Source of the DNA: a virus
Taxonomy: Duplodnaviria; Caudoviricetes
Reading direction: 5' to 3' (one strand)
Virus record (IMG/VR): IMGVR_UViG_3300033485_000050
Coordinates: 1 to 35,424 of that record
DNA length: 35,424 nt
Below the pieces are notes generated by a model. It did no database searches and was not told where the DNA came from. It saw nothing but the letters and a program-made list of their open reading frames with translations. The stretch's first letter is position 1. Each line of letters begins with the position of its first letter. Shown here piece after piece: positions 25,985-34,117 of the stretch. Made by a program: the position numbers and the translations under genes.

Positions 25985-26220
25985 TTCCGGGCGGTTTTCC
26001 TTCCGCTTCCTTCCGCTCATATTCCGCCTCTCCTTCCGCTCTATTTATCCTATTTTTATAGTGTTTTAGTGATAAGAGGAAGGAGCGGAAGCAAATATGA
26101 TGAAAACATAATTGAGGCTGTAAGACAAACGTGTAAAGTCTTTACATCTAAAATATGAAAAGTTTTTAAAGTACCTTCCTCCGCTCCGCTCCTTCCGCTC
26201 TATTTTTTTTAAATTAGCGG
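25985..26220. repeat. Iteron cluster / probable replication origin
   Basis: TCCGC at 26002, 26012, 26023, 26035, 26180, 26185, 26194 and inverted at 26085; 17-nt repeat CTCCTTCCGCTCTATTT (26030, 26189); AT-rich spacers; lies at the strand switch next to the helicase operon. Confidence 0.75.
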
Positions 26221-26224
26221 TCGC

Positions 26225-26253
26225 TTGACGCCGACCGACGCCATGGTTATCTT
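26225..26253 (+). promoter_or_regulatory. Sigma70-type early promoter
   Basis: TTGACG-17 nt-TATCTT at the head of the plus-strand gene block. Confidence 0.65.
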
Positions 26254-26311
26254 ATCTCTGCGCCCGTCGGGCTCCTATTAATATTATCACAATTAGATAA
26301 AGGAGTTTCTT

Positions 26312-26404
26312 ATGTTTACTGGAGTATTATATTTTTTATTATTTCAAATTGTAGTTCTTGGAACCATCTTAATGATTATCGCCTGCACACCTAAACAGAA
26401 ATAG
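26312..26404 (+). CDS. Small membrane peptide (30 aa; not in ORF track)
   Basis: RBS AAGGAG; MFTGVLYFLLFQIVVLGTILMIIACTPKQK. Confidence 0.6.
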   Translation: MFTGVLYFLLFQIVVLGTILMIIACTPKQK

Positions 26405-26464
26405 TTATTAAATAATGTCATAATTATACTATTAATCTGATATATAAAGTATAGGAGAAAACAA

Positions 26465-26890
26465 ATGACTTGGAATTTATTTAAAAGTGATAGTACTTTA
26501 TTAAAAGAACATATTAGAGACTCTATGATTGAAATTCAATATGTATTAGCGTACTGCGACGATATGCCATTTTCATTTATGAATGATGAATATTGTGAGC
26601 AAGCAAAAACAGTAGTTGATAAATTTGTTCAAGACACATCTCATATTTTAAACTTAGATGAGCGTTGCGATAAGATTAATGATTTAGTAAGAGAATACAG
26701 CCAATCTGTTTATCTTCAAAAACGTGAAGAGCGAATTGAAAATGATGAATTGCAAATTGCCGCTATGCACAGAATTCTTACCAAATTATCATATGATGCT
26801 AAGTTTGCTTATTTAAGCAAACGTGAAAATACGACGGAACAAAATTGGATTGAATTAGAAAAAGAATTACTTAAATTATCAATAAAATGA
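26465..26890 (+). CDS. Hypothetical protein
   Basis: 141 aa, RBS AGGAG, ATGA overlap with next gene. Confidence 0.7.
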   Translation: MTWNLFKSDSTLLKEHIRDSMIEIQYVLAYCDDMPFSFMNDEYCEQAKTVVDKFVQDTSHILNLDERCDKINDLVREYSQSVYLQKREERIENDELQIAAMHRILTKLSYDAKFAYLSKRENTTEQNWIELEKELLKLSIK

Positions 26891-27438
26891 ATTCATCACA
26901 AATTATAGATTATACCGGACAGAAATTCAATAGCTTAACAGCTATTAAGTTTGTGGGCTATAAAGAAACTGGTAAATTAAAAGCTAAAAGAAGAGTTTGG
27001 TTATTCCAATGTGATTGTGGTAATCAAAAAGAAATCTCTGTTGAGAATGTTTTTCGTTCTTCTTCTCCAACCAAATCTTGCGGTTGCTTGAAAGCTTCCA
27101 TTCAGAAATATAGCGGACTCCAGGCGCTCCAATATGCCGTTTATACAGAAGGTAAGTATAACGAGGCAGACATTACCTTGGAACAATTTATAAAGTTAAG
27201 CCAAGAGGATTGTCATTACTGTGGTAGTCCAGTCTCAGTCAGCGGTAAGACCAGACAAGGCAAGAGGTTTAAAGAGCCATTTACTTATCATGGATTGGAT
27301 CGCAAAGATAATAGTAAAGGACACACTTCAGAGAATTGTGTGCCGGCGTGCTTCGACTGCAACATGAGAAAAAGAGAATGGAATTACCAAGAGTTTTTGG
27401 ATTGGATTAAAACTGTGTATGAGAGGAGAATAAAATGA
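26887..27438 (+). CDS. HNH homing endonuclease
   Basis: GQKFNSLTAI..WLFQCDCGN..TKSCGC N-domain; CHYCG...GLDRKDNSKGHTSENCVPACFDCN. Confidence 0.9.
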   Translation: MNSSQIIDYTGQKFNSLTAIKFVGYKETGKLKAKRRVWLFQCDCGNQKEISVENVFRSSSPTKSCGCLKASIQKYSGLQALQYAVYTEGKYNEADITLEQFIKLSQEDCHYCGSPVSVSGKTRQGKRFKEPFTYHGLDRKDNSKGHTSENCVPACFDCNMRKREWNYQEFLDWIKTVYERRIK

Positions 27439-27569
27439 ATAATAAAGAACATAAGATATTTCAAGAATGGTTTGATAAGCAAGTAAAAGAAGGTAAATTT
27501 ATCCTTGCCGAACAAGCAAAACAGACGGCAGATAAAGTGAATGAAGATAAGAAAAAAGATTTGAATTAA
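27435..27569 (+). CDS. Hypothetical protein (44 aa; not in ORF track)
   Basis: RBS GAGGAG, ATGA overlap; MNNKEHKIFQEWFDKQVKEGK... Confidence 0.55.
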   Translation: MNNKEHKIFQEWFDKQVKEGKFILAEQAKQTADKVNEDKKKDLN

Positions 27570-27582
27570 AGGAAAAAAAGAA

Positions 27583-27918
27583 ATGATTAACAAAGAAAAT
27601 TTAGCCCGAGTTATTAAAGGACGTATACACGATTGTCAAGAACAATTTCCAATGATTGTATCAATCGTGATTTCTGGAGATTTACCTTACTATAATTCTA
27701 TAGTAGATTTGATTTGTTCAGTTTACTCATCTTTTAATGATGAGGATCTTAAACAGGTTGCAGCCGGTATTCAAAGAATGCCAACTCCACATCTTTTAAT
27801 GATGGCGATAGAACAAGTTGAATCTCAATTACAGTATAATGCTGGTTTTGATGAAAATGAAATAAAATTAAATAAATTAAAATCTGAAATTACTTCTTTG
27901 GAAGAAAAAGGAAAATGA
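27583..27918 (+). CDS. Hypothetical protein
   Basis: 111 aa, RBS AAGGA. Confidence 0.65.
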   Translation: MINKENLARVIKGRIHDCQEQFPMIVSIVISGDLPYYNSIVDLICSVYSSFNDEDLKQVAAGIQRMPTPHLLMMAIEQVESQLQYNAGFDENEIKLNKLKSEITSLEEKGK

Positions 27919-28028
27919 GAAATGAATAAATTATGGAGATGGTGCAATTCAATACCGCGCGGAATCTATGGAATCCGCAAAGAAATTCATCAAACTAAAA
28001 GCTTTTGAGTAAATGAAGGAGAAAAGAA

Positions 28029-28115
28029 ATGGAAATTTTTGTTATTATTTACTGCGTTGTTTTTATCATCTCGGCAATTTGTGTTAGATTCATTTTAAAT
28101 GGAGAAAAGAAATGA
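28029..28115 (+). CDS. Small membrane peptide (~28 aa; not in ORF track)
   Basis: RBS AAGGAG; MEIF...YCVVFIISAICVRFILNGEKK; ATGA overlap. The frame depends on a poly-T run near 28041-28050 that I could not count with certainty. Confidence 0.4.
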   Translation: MEIFVIIYCVVFIISAICVRFILNGEKK

Positions 28116-28288
28116 ATACAAAAGACATAATAACTTACATAGAAGAAAGTATTAAAAACAATAGACCTGTGGGCGCTATATGTTATACCTATCTTGATGG
28201 ACATCAATCTGAATGTATAGGATTTATGCCGTGTTCACTTAAACAAGCTCAAAAACAAATTGAATATTTAAAAGGAAACAACAAATGA
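28112..28288 (+). CDS. Hypothetical protein (58 aa; not in ORF track)
   Basis: RBS GGAG; MNTKDIITYIEESIKNNRPVGAICY...; ATGA overlap with lipoprotein gene. Confidence 0.6.
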   Translation: MNTKDIITYIEESIKNNRPVGAICYTYLDGHQSECIGFMPCSLKQAQKQIEYLKGNNK

Positions 28289-28674
28289 ATAAATTATTAC
28301 TATTAGCATTATGTTTAATGATTGGTGGTTGCGGAATTGTTATTATTGATTCCACCAGCGATGGTAAAGGTGGAGGCACCGGAGGAGAAGCTGGTGCAGA
28401 TACTTCTAGTTCTTCTGGAGGATCGGGCGGAAGTGAAACCACCAGTCCTTCAGGCGGTACCGGAGGAGAAACCTCAACTAGTTCCGGTGGCGGTTTAGGT
28501 GGAACTACTACCACCGGAACCTGCGATCCAGGACCTAAAGAATGCCAAGAAGGAACTTGCTTCTGTCCTGCCGATCATGTTTGCTGCGATAAAGAAACTA
28601 ATCCAAATATGTGTATTGGTAATGATAATGGATATTGTTGCCCAGTAGATATGTTCTGTATACCAAAAGGATAA
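28285..28674 (+). CDS. Lipoprotein with Gly/Ser/Thr linker and 10-Cys C-terminal domain
   Basis: MNKLLLLALCLMIGG-C lipobox-like signal; GGTGGE/SSSSGG linker; Cys-rich tail. Confidence 0.75.
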   Translation: MNKLLLLALCLMIGGCGIVIIDSTSDGKGGGTGGEAGADTSSSSGGSGGSETTSPSGGTGGETSTSSGGGLGGTTTTGTCDPGPKECQEGTCFCPADHVCCDKETNPNMCIGNDNGYCCPVDMFCIPKG

Positions 28675-28680
28675 AATAAA

Positions 28681-28869
28681 ATGAATTTAATTGAGAGAAT
28701 TTTATGTTATTTTGCGTTTGGTTCAAAATGGGTTGAAGAATATGAAGAAATAGATAATGACATAAAAGAATGTAAGCTAATGGCTGAAATAAGTTATAAT
28801 AAAATTAAACATGGTAGAGATGGATGGATACTGTTTGGTAATTATCTTAACTATAAGAATAAAACATGA
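28681..28869 (+). CDS. Hypothetical protein
   Basis: 62 aa in operon, ATGA overlap downstream. Confidence 0.55.
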   Translation: MNLIERILCYFAFGSKWVEEYEEIDNDIKECKLMAEISYNKIKHGRDGWILFGNYLNYKNKT

Positions 28870-29018
28870 ATCAAAATGAACGAGATAGAGAATTCTTAGA
28901 CTTTCTCAAATCTCATACCAGAGGAGATATAGAATTGTATCTACTCAAAATGGTCAGAGAACTATCTGAGAAAGTTAATCAATTGTCCAAAGAAATAAAT
29001 GAACTGAAAAATAGTTAA
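28866..29018 (+). CDS. Hypothetical coiled-coil protein (50 aa; not in ORF track)
   Basis: ATGA overlap; MNQNERDREFLDFLK...VRELSEKVNQLSKEINELKNS heptads. Confidence 0.55.
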   Translation: MNQNERDREFLDFLKSHTRGDIELYLLKMVRELSEKVNQLSKEINELKNS

Positions 29019-29039
29019 TAATGTCACTATTCAGATAAT

Positions 29040-29067
29040 ATATATTAATATTTCGATATTAATATAT
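29040..29067. promoter_or_regulatory. Perfect 12-bp AT-only inverted repeat at a gene start
   Basis: ATATATTAATAT-TTCG-ATATTAATATAT overlapping the ATG at 29066. Confidence 0.45.
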
Positions 29068-29539
29068 GATGAATAACTCAACAATCAGTACAAAACCACG
29101 CATTCCATATAATGATAGAGATAATTGGCAAGAAGGTTTGCATTATAAATATGGAGCTAAAAACCACTTACATGATGTAGATATGTACCTTGAACACAAA
29201 TCAGGCGAAATAGCTGGCTTAGTAGAGTTTAAAAATCAATATGAACCTATTGAGATGTATAAGTATAATCAGTTTATCAATCTTGCCAATAAGGCTGAGA
29301 TTCCTGCTTATATTTGTGTTGGTTCTAAACAACCATATACTTATTACTACATCATTCCTTTGAATAAATTATGCAAAGAGATTCCAACCATGGATCAACC
29401 TCGATATTTATCGGAAAAGAATTATGTGAAGTTCTTGCATTATATTAAGAAGATGAATGCGCCGGAAGAATTGTTAAACTCTTTGAGTGATGAGTTACCA
29501 GCAAAAGAGAATAGATTTAAACCAAATATTAGAGGATAA
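29066..29539 (+). CDS. PD-(D/E)XK nuclease-fold protein
   Basis: HDVDMYLE...GLVEFKN (D...ExK), then helix LANKAEIPAYIC as in restriction-like folds. Confidence 0.6.
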   Translation: MMNNSTISTKPRIPYNDRDNWQEGLHYKYGAKNHLHDVDMYLEHKSGEIAGLVEFKNQYEPIEMYKYNQFINLANKAEIPAYICVGSKQPYTYYYIIPLNKLCKEIPTMDQPRYLSEKNYVKFLHYIKKMNAPEELLNSLSDELPAKENRFKPNIRG

Positions 29540-29544
29540 GTAAT

Positions 29545-29772
29545 ATGGAATTACAAGAAGCAATTAAATATATGAAGGATAAATATAAAGATTCATTTAT
29601 TCAAATAACCAATGATGGTTGGACAGATGAAGATGATCCGCATATAGTTAAATTTGAAATTCATCAAATAGTAACCACTAAATATGGGCGTATGACTCAA
29701 ATAACGGAATTTGAATCTCGCGCCCAATTAATAGATTTTGTTAGAAAAGAAAAAATGATAGCTTTCTCATAA
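29545..29772 (+). CDS. Hypothetical protein
   Basis: 75 aa, RBS GAGGA. Confidence 0.6.
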   Translation: MELQEAIKYMKDKYKDSFIQITNDGWTDEDDPHIVKFEIHQIVTTKYGRMTQITEFESRAQLIDFVRKEKMIAFS

Positions 29773-29782
29773 GGAAAAATAA

Positions 29783-30106
29783 ATGAAAATAGAAAATGAT
29801 TTAATTTTACGAAAAACAATAGATTTTTTATGGAATGAATTATATGATGTAGTTTATTTTTCTCCTGGTGATATTGATCATAAACTTATTGATAAAAATT
29901 TACATAATTTTTTTATTCCATCCATAGGTAATGAGTGGTTTATTGATTTTATAATTCAATTTAATAGTAAGTATAAAGATAATTTAAGTATGAGTAGTTG
30001 TTGCAATTGTGAAGGAGAAACTCTTTATTTATCAATATTAGATGATGAATTAATTGAATTAGGTAATAAATTAAACTTCAAGGAGAAAATACATGAGCGA
30101 ACATAA
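29783..30106 (+). CDS. Hypothetical protein
   Basis: 107 aa, RBS AAGGA. Confidence 0.6.
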   Translation: MKIENDLILRKTIDFLWNELYDVVYFSPGDIDHKLIDKNLHNFFIPSIGNEWFIDFIIQFNSKYKDNLSMSSCCNCEGETLYLSILDDELIELGNKLNFKEKIHERT

Positions 30107-30311
30107 AATAAATAGAACTAAGTTTGATCAATCTCAAGCCATTGAGCAATTTGAAAGATACAAAGAAACCGGCAATGGATCCATTATCCAAAAGAAAGAG
30201 AATCATGCAGGTTATTCTTCTGCTTATTCCGAAGGATGGGAGAGGATTTTCGGCAATAAAGAGGAAGAAGAATCAGATAATAATGACTCCACCTCCGGCA
30301 CAGAAGAATGA
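30093..30311 (+). CDS. Hypothetical protein
   Basis: 72 aa, RBS AAGGAG; AYSEGWERIFG motif common in small phage proteins. Confidence 0.65.
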   Translation: MSEHKINRTKFDQSQAIEQFERYKETGNGSIIQKKENHAGYSSAYSEGWERIFGNKEEEESDNNDSTSGTEE

Positions 30312-30808
30312 TTTTTCTTCCATGATTCCTCCAACTGTTCCAGTTTGGAGGAATAATTTTTTGTAGAGAGCTGAGTTTGATAAAAGATATTGAAGGCTTT
30401 AATGAAATCTTCAAAGCATTCTTGGAAGGTTGTATGATGCCACACATTACTCATTAAATGAATAAAAACAGATTGTTCTTCTTGTAAGAGAGATGTAACA
30501 TCTTGACAATATAAAGAAAATAATCTCCAACATTCTTCTAGATAATTACATTGATTTTTTAATGCCTGCAATTCTCCAAACTCTGTTAGATATTCTCCTG
30601 GGCGCCAATGACGATCCAAAGACCATAGATGTAAAATACCATTCAGATAAATTTGAGAGAAAGTATAATTTTCTCCTTTTCTTCTGGGTGTTAAAATTTG
30701 ATGATAATGAGTAATATTATAAATAGTTAATGGTACACCATCTACGTTCGTCTGAAAAGTAGCATACCTATTCTGACATTGATGAGAACAAGCAGTTTTT
30801 ATTTCCAT
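30224..30808 (-). CDS. Hypothetical protein
   Basis: 194 aa, RBS GAGGA, coupled to 30799..31107; 3' end overlaps the convergent gene by 88 nt. Confidence 0.55.
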   Translation of the reverse strand: MEIKTACSHQCQNRYATFQTNVDGVPLTIYNITHYHQILTPRRKGENYTFSQIYLNGILHLWSLDRHWRPGEYLTEFGELQALKNQCNYLEECWRLFSLYCQDVTSLLQEEQSVFIHLMSNVWHHTTFQECFEDFIKAFNIFYQTQLSTKNYSSKLEQLEESWKKNHSSVPEVESLLSDSSSSLLPKILSHPSE

Positions 30809-31107
30809 GTTAATCCTCGATATACTCCAATTTTAGTATGAGCCCATCCAAGAGGATAACCTAACTTAGGCATCAGATCATTTAAATAAATAACAAATGA
30901 ACTATTAGCATGACAAGTCCGATTAAATAAATGTTGAAAACAAAAATCTTGCCATTCCTGTCTTGACACACATGCCTCCGGCATTATTGTGCAATGTTGT
31001 TGTATCAACTGTTCTATTTTCTCTTGACGCAAAGATACTTCTATTTGCGCTCGTTGGCGCAAAGCTAATTCTTCTTTCACCAAATCGTTTAATAATAAAG
31101 TTGGCAT
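30799..31107 (-). CDS. Stand-alone winged-helix protein resembling D5/P4-alpha primase-helicase C-terminal DNA-binding domain
   Basis: LIQQHC...VSRQEWQDFC...SSFVIYLN..LGY...GVYRGLTWK pattern. Confidence 0.5.
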   Translation of the reverse strand: MPTLLLNDLVKEELALRQRAQIEVSLRQEKIEQLIQQHCTIMPEACVSRQEWQDFCFQHLFNRTCHANSSFVIYLNDLMPKLGYPLGWAHTKIGVYRGLTWK

Positions 31108-31133
31108 CTTATTTTCTTTCTAAATTACCAACG

Positions 31134-31391
31134 TTACTCGTTAATACCTGGGTCGGGCGGGTTTCCTGGTGCGAAACCAACTATTTCTCCGGCATTTCTT
31201 TGTTCATCAAAAGATGCTACTAATAAGAAATTACCATTAACGAAAGAACTTCCAGCCGATGGTAAATTAGCTTCGACAAAACTTTTTAATTCTGGCGAAA
31301 TAGTATACACCACACCGGCAAGTTTAATTTCGCCATGTCTAAGAACTGATAAAATTTGACTGTAACCTAATATTTTCACAAATCTCTCCAT
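31134..31391 (-). CDS. Hypothetical protein with Pro-rich C-terminus
   Basis: 85 aa; AAGG upstream of ATG. Confidence 0.55.
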   Translation of the reverse strand: MERFVKILGYSQILSVLRHGEIKLAGVVYTISPELKSFVEANLPSAGSSFVNGNFLLVASFDEQRNAGEIVGFAPGNPPDPGINE

Positions 31392-31394
31392 AAG

Positions 31395-32018
31395 TTGAGT
31401 ACCTTTATGATTACTCCGTTGATTTATTTAATTCTCTTGATAATAACCATTATCTGTACTTATATTAATAGGTCTAAGTTGCTGTCGCTCTATTTGACCT
31501 TGATTACTATATGTGATTTTAGTGGTTGGTTGAGAACTACGTTCACTCATTATGATAAACCTTATACCGGCACAGGATTTATATTATTTGCCATCACCAC
31601 CATCCTCTTCTTAGCTATACCAACTTTGACATGCGTTTTTAGTATGTTCTCTTTCACTAAGAAAATAAATTGGACAGCCATAGCAGGATGGATAGCACTA
31701 AGTTTAGCCATCCTTATTTCCTATCCAACTTTGCGCGGACAAAGTTTACTTAATGTGTTTTATGCTTATTACTTAGTCTGTGGTGGTGCTAATTTAATTT
31801 ACTTACTCAGTAAGGCTAAACAAAAATTCACCTTTTCTCAAGGAGGATTGTTATTAGCCACCATAGGATCTATTATCTGTATCCTGATCGCTATTAAAGA
31901 AACTTCTATCCTATCTCTGGAACACTGGGTTCTGGTGACATTGTGCAATTGCATTTTTTGCACAAGCTTGCTTGTTGCAAGTTGGATAAATCGTTTTGTA
32001 AAGAAACTACTTCCTTAG
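31395..32018 (+). CDS. Polytopic membrane protein (~6-7 TM), antisense to its neighbours
   Basis: Successive ~20-aa hydrophobic segments; start could be TTG 31395 or ATG 31407. Confidence 0.7.
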   Translation: MSTFMITPLIYLILLIITIICTYINRSKLLSLYLTLITICDFSGWLRTTFTHYDKPYTGTGFILFAITTILFLAIPTLTCVFSMFSFTKKINWTAIAGWIALSLAILISYPTLRGQSLLNVFYAYYLVCGGANLIYLLSKAKQKFTFSQGGLLLATIGSIICILIAIKETSILSLEHWVLVTLCNCIFCTSLLVASWINRFVKKLLP

Positions 32019-32205
32019 CTGATTCTACTAGTTGATTTTGTAGAGTTAAGATTTGAGTCTGCGCCCGAGCAATTAACTTCAGAAATTTATAAGTTCCAAA
32101 GAAAATAGCACCCAAAGAACTGATAATAACAGTAATAAAGGCGATAGACAAATACAAAATAATTTTCTCTACAAGCATAGTTATCTTATATTTTGTTTTA
32201 TTCAT
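31906..32205 (-). CDS. Single-TM coiled-coil protein (holin/i-spanin-like)
   Basis: TM IILYLSIAFITVIISSLGAIFF, then coiled coil and CKKCNC; ATGA coupling. Confidence 0.45.
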   Translation of the reverse strand: MNKTKYKITMLVEKIILYLSIAFITVIISSLGAIFFGTYKFLKLIARAQTQILTLQNQLVESAKEVVSLQNDLSNLQQASLCKKCNCTMSPEPSVPEIG

Positions 32206-32576
32206 TTATTCTGTAACTGAAGTGCTAACTGTCTAATCTTTTCATCTCTTACTTCATCGATAATTTGATCCTTTGCCGCTTCCACTGAGGAAAGAATCTT
32301 ATTATCTCCTTGAGTAATAACCTCTTTTAAAGTATTATTGCTCACAATCAACTCATCCTTCAAAGAGACTACCGCATCGGCACCTTTAACCATGCTAGCA
32401 ACCATTTCTTTGATGGCTGGAGCTAAAACAGCTTTGGTAAGATACATAATAAATACACCAATGCCTAATAGAATGGCTACTAAAACAGCAAAAACTATTT
32501 TACTTCCAATAGTGTCTCCTGGCTGATCTAATATTTTAGAAGGTAAATCAGCTACTTGTAAAAATAGATACATCAT
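32202..32576 (-). CDS. Single-TM coiled-coil protein (putative holin)
   Basis: TM IVFAVLVAILLGIGVFIMYL, then coiled coil; follows the fibre gene; RBS AAGGA. Confidence 0.45.
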   Translation of the reverse strand: MMYLFLQVADLPSKILDQPGDTIGSKIVFAVLVAILLGIGVFIMYLTKAVLAPAIKEMVASMVKGADAVVSLKDELIVSNNTLKEVITQGDNKILSSVEAAKDQIIDEVRDEKIRQLALQLQNK

Positions 32577-32588
32577 AAGTCCTTTATA

Positions 32589-34109
32589 TTAAGATGAAGA
32601 GTCAGTTACCAATCCAAGATTGGCTAATGCAGTTAACAAACTTGCCAATGCCGCGTTAGCTCCTTTAGATCCTGTAACAGTTGGTTTTGCAATTGGAGCC
32701 GTAGCAAAAAATCCAATACCAGTGGCATCTGCGCTAAATCTAGTGGCGCCGCTTGAAACAAGACTTAGCCCGAAGCCATTAGGATCATCAATAGTAATTC
32801 CACCACCAGCATTAATATCAATAAGATTCTCAGCTTGTACATCAATGTTTCCAGTCGAACTAATCAAAACAGGAGTTCCGTATAAATTAAGATCGGCATT
32901 GATGAACATGCTTAAAGTACCAGATGTGACAGAGGTGACATTTAAGATGGTTCCGTTGTTTGGAAATTCTATCGCTCCAATACCAGTAGATGGTATTTGA
33001 TAAATAGAGACCATTGGATTGCCATCAAATGAAAAATACACATTACCACTATTAGTAGTAGCCAGAGCACCAGCAGCTAATGGAATATTAATAACGAAAT
33101 CACCTGGCAAACGATTAGTTCCGGTAGCAGAAGCAAATGGAGCTTGTGTTTCCATTAAAATATCATTAGTTGCCGCATCTGTTGAACGAGCAGTTTGAGC
33201 TAAACCAAAAGCTGTATTAGTTATGGAGGCTAGTAAACCTGCTCCAATAGTTAAACTATTATTAGCAGTAGAAGCAAATTGAGTGGCTCCATTACCATCT
33301 CTCAAAACAATGGTATTAGCTGTAGGAGAAGAAGTAGCGCTAGTAGTAATTGGAATACTTGGAGTAGTTTTTGCCCATCGAACTCCGTCATAAGCAATAA
33401 TATCACCAGTGGTAATTGGTCCAGGCACATTAAGTGGCGTGCCTTGTAAATTAGAAACAGTATTAGATCCAATAGATCCAGTAATATCTCCGCTTAAACT
33501 GGTGGCAACCCAAGCAGATCCATTCCAAGCTAAAGGTGCTCCAGAAATCGGAGGAGAAGCTGAAACAGCAGATCCTTGTAATTTGGCTACCGTTATAGAT
33601 GCTATGCTAGATCCGGTCACATCTCCACCAGGAGATACTCCGCCCCACTGAGAACCTGTCCAAGTCAAAGATTGACCAAAAGAAGGTGCAGAAGCCGAGA
33701 TAGCTTGACCTTGAATACCTACTACCGTTGGGTTTGGTAAAATACCAGACAAATCTCCACCCACATTGTCAGAAGGAAAAGTAGGCGTCACTGGAACATA
33801 GGTAGTTCCATTATATTGAAGCACTTGTCCAGAAGTAGGAGCAGTAGTGGAAATTGGCTTTCCTTGCAATCCAGAAACATAAGGATTAGGTAAATAACCA
33901 GTTAAATCTCCGCCTACCTGACCAGAAACCGGATCGATCGGAGAACCATCAATAGAAGCATAGACGATCTCCACATTGATTAAATAACCAGCTCCGTAAC
34001 CAGATTGTGCTCCAGTAGGATCAGGTTGTCCAAAGACGTTCCAAAAAAACGCTGTATAAGGCGGTTGTGGAAGTTGTCCAGTCATGTGATAGACTAAAAT
34101 TTGAGGCAT
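32589..34109 (-). CDS. Tail fibre with four GGD(L/V/I)(T/S)G repeats
   Basis: GGDLTG..PNP.V.GLQG..W/Y repeats of ~42-50 aa; C-terminal IGFFATAPIAKPTVTGS...LLTALANLGLVTD common to phage fibres. Confidence 0.8.
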   Translation of the reverse strand: MPQILVYHMTGQLPQPPYTAFFWNVFGQPDPTGAQSGYGAGYLINVEIVYASIDGSPIDPVSGQVGGDLTGYLPNPYVSGLQGKPISTTAPTSGQVLQYNGTTYVPVTPTFPSDNVGGDLSGILPNPTVVGIQGQAISASAPSFGQSLTWTGSQWGGVSPGGDVTGSSIASITVAKLQGSAVSASPPISGAPLAWNGSAWVATSLSGDITGSIGSNTVSNLQGTPLNVPGPITTGDIIAYDGVRWAKTTPSIPITTSATSSPTANTIVLRDGNGATQFASTANNSLTIGAGLLASITNTAFGLAQTARSTDAATNDILMETQAPFASATGTNRLPGDFVINIPLAAGALATTNSGNVYFSFDGNPMVSIYQIPSTGIGAIEFPNNGTILNVTSVTSGTLSMFINADLNLYGTPVLISSTGNIDVQAENLIDINAGGGITIDDPNGFGLSLVSSGATRFSADATGIGFFATAPIAKPTVTGSKGANAALASLLTALANLGLVTDSSS

Positions 34110-34117
34110 AATGTTCC

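Noticed and set aside
25985-26220. CRISPR array
   Set aside because: Repeats are 5-17 nt, irregularly spaced and in both orientations; no unique ~30-nt spacers and no cas genes
27915-28012. Possible short gene or fragment (...YGDGAIQYRAESMESAKKFIKLKAFE)
   Set aside because: The most protein-like frame has no start after its upstream stop and the other frames are under 30 aa; probably a decayed gene, not callable
31395-32018. Viral rhodopsin
   Set aside because: The last helix has no DxxxK/SxxxK retinal-binding lysine and there is no RYxDW-like helix C motif
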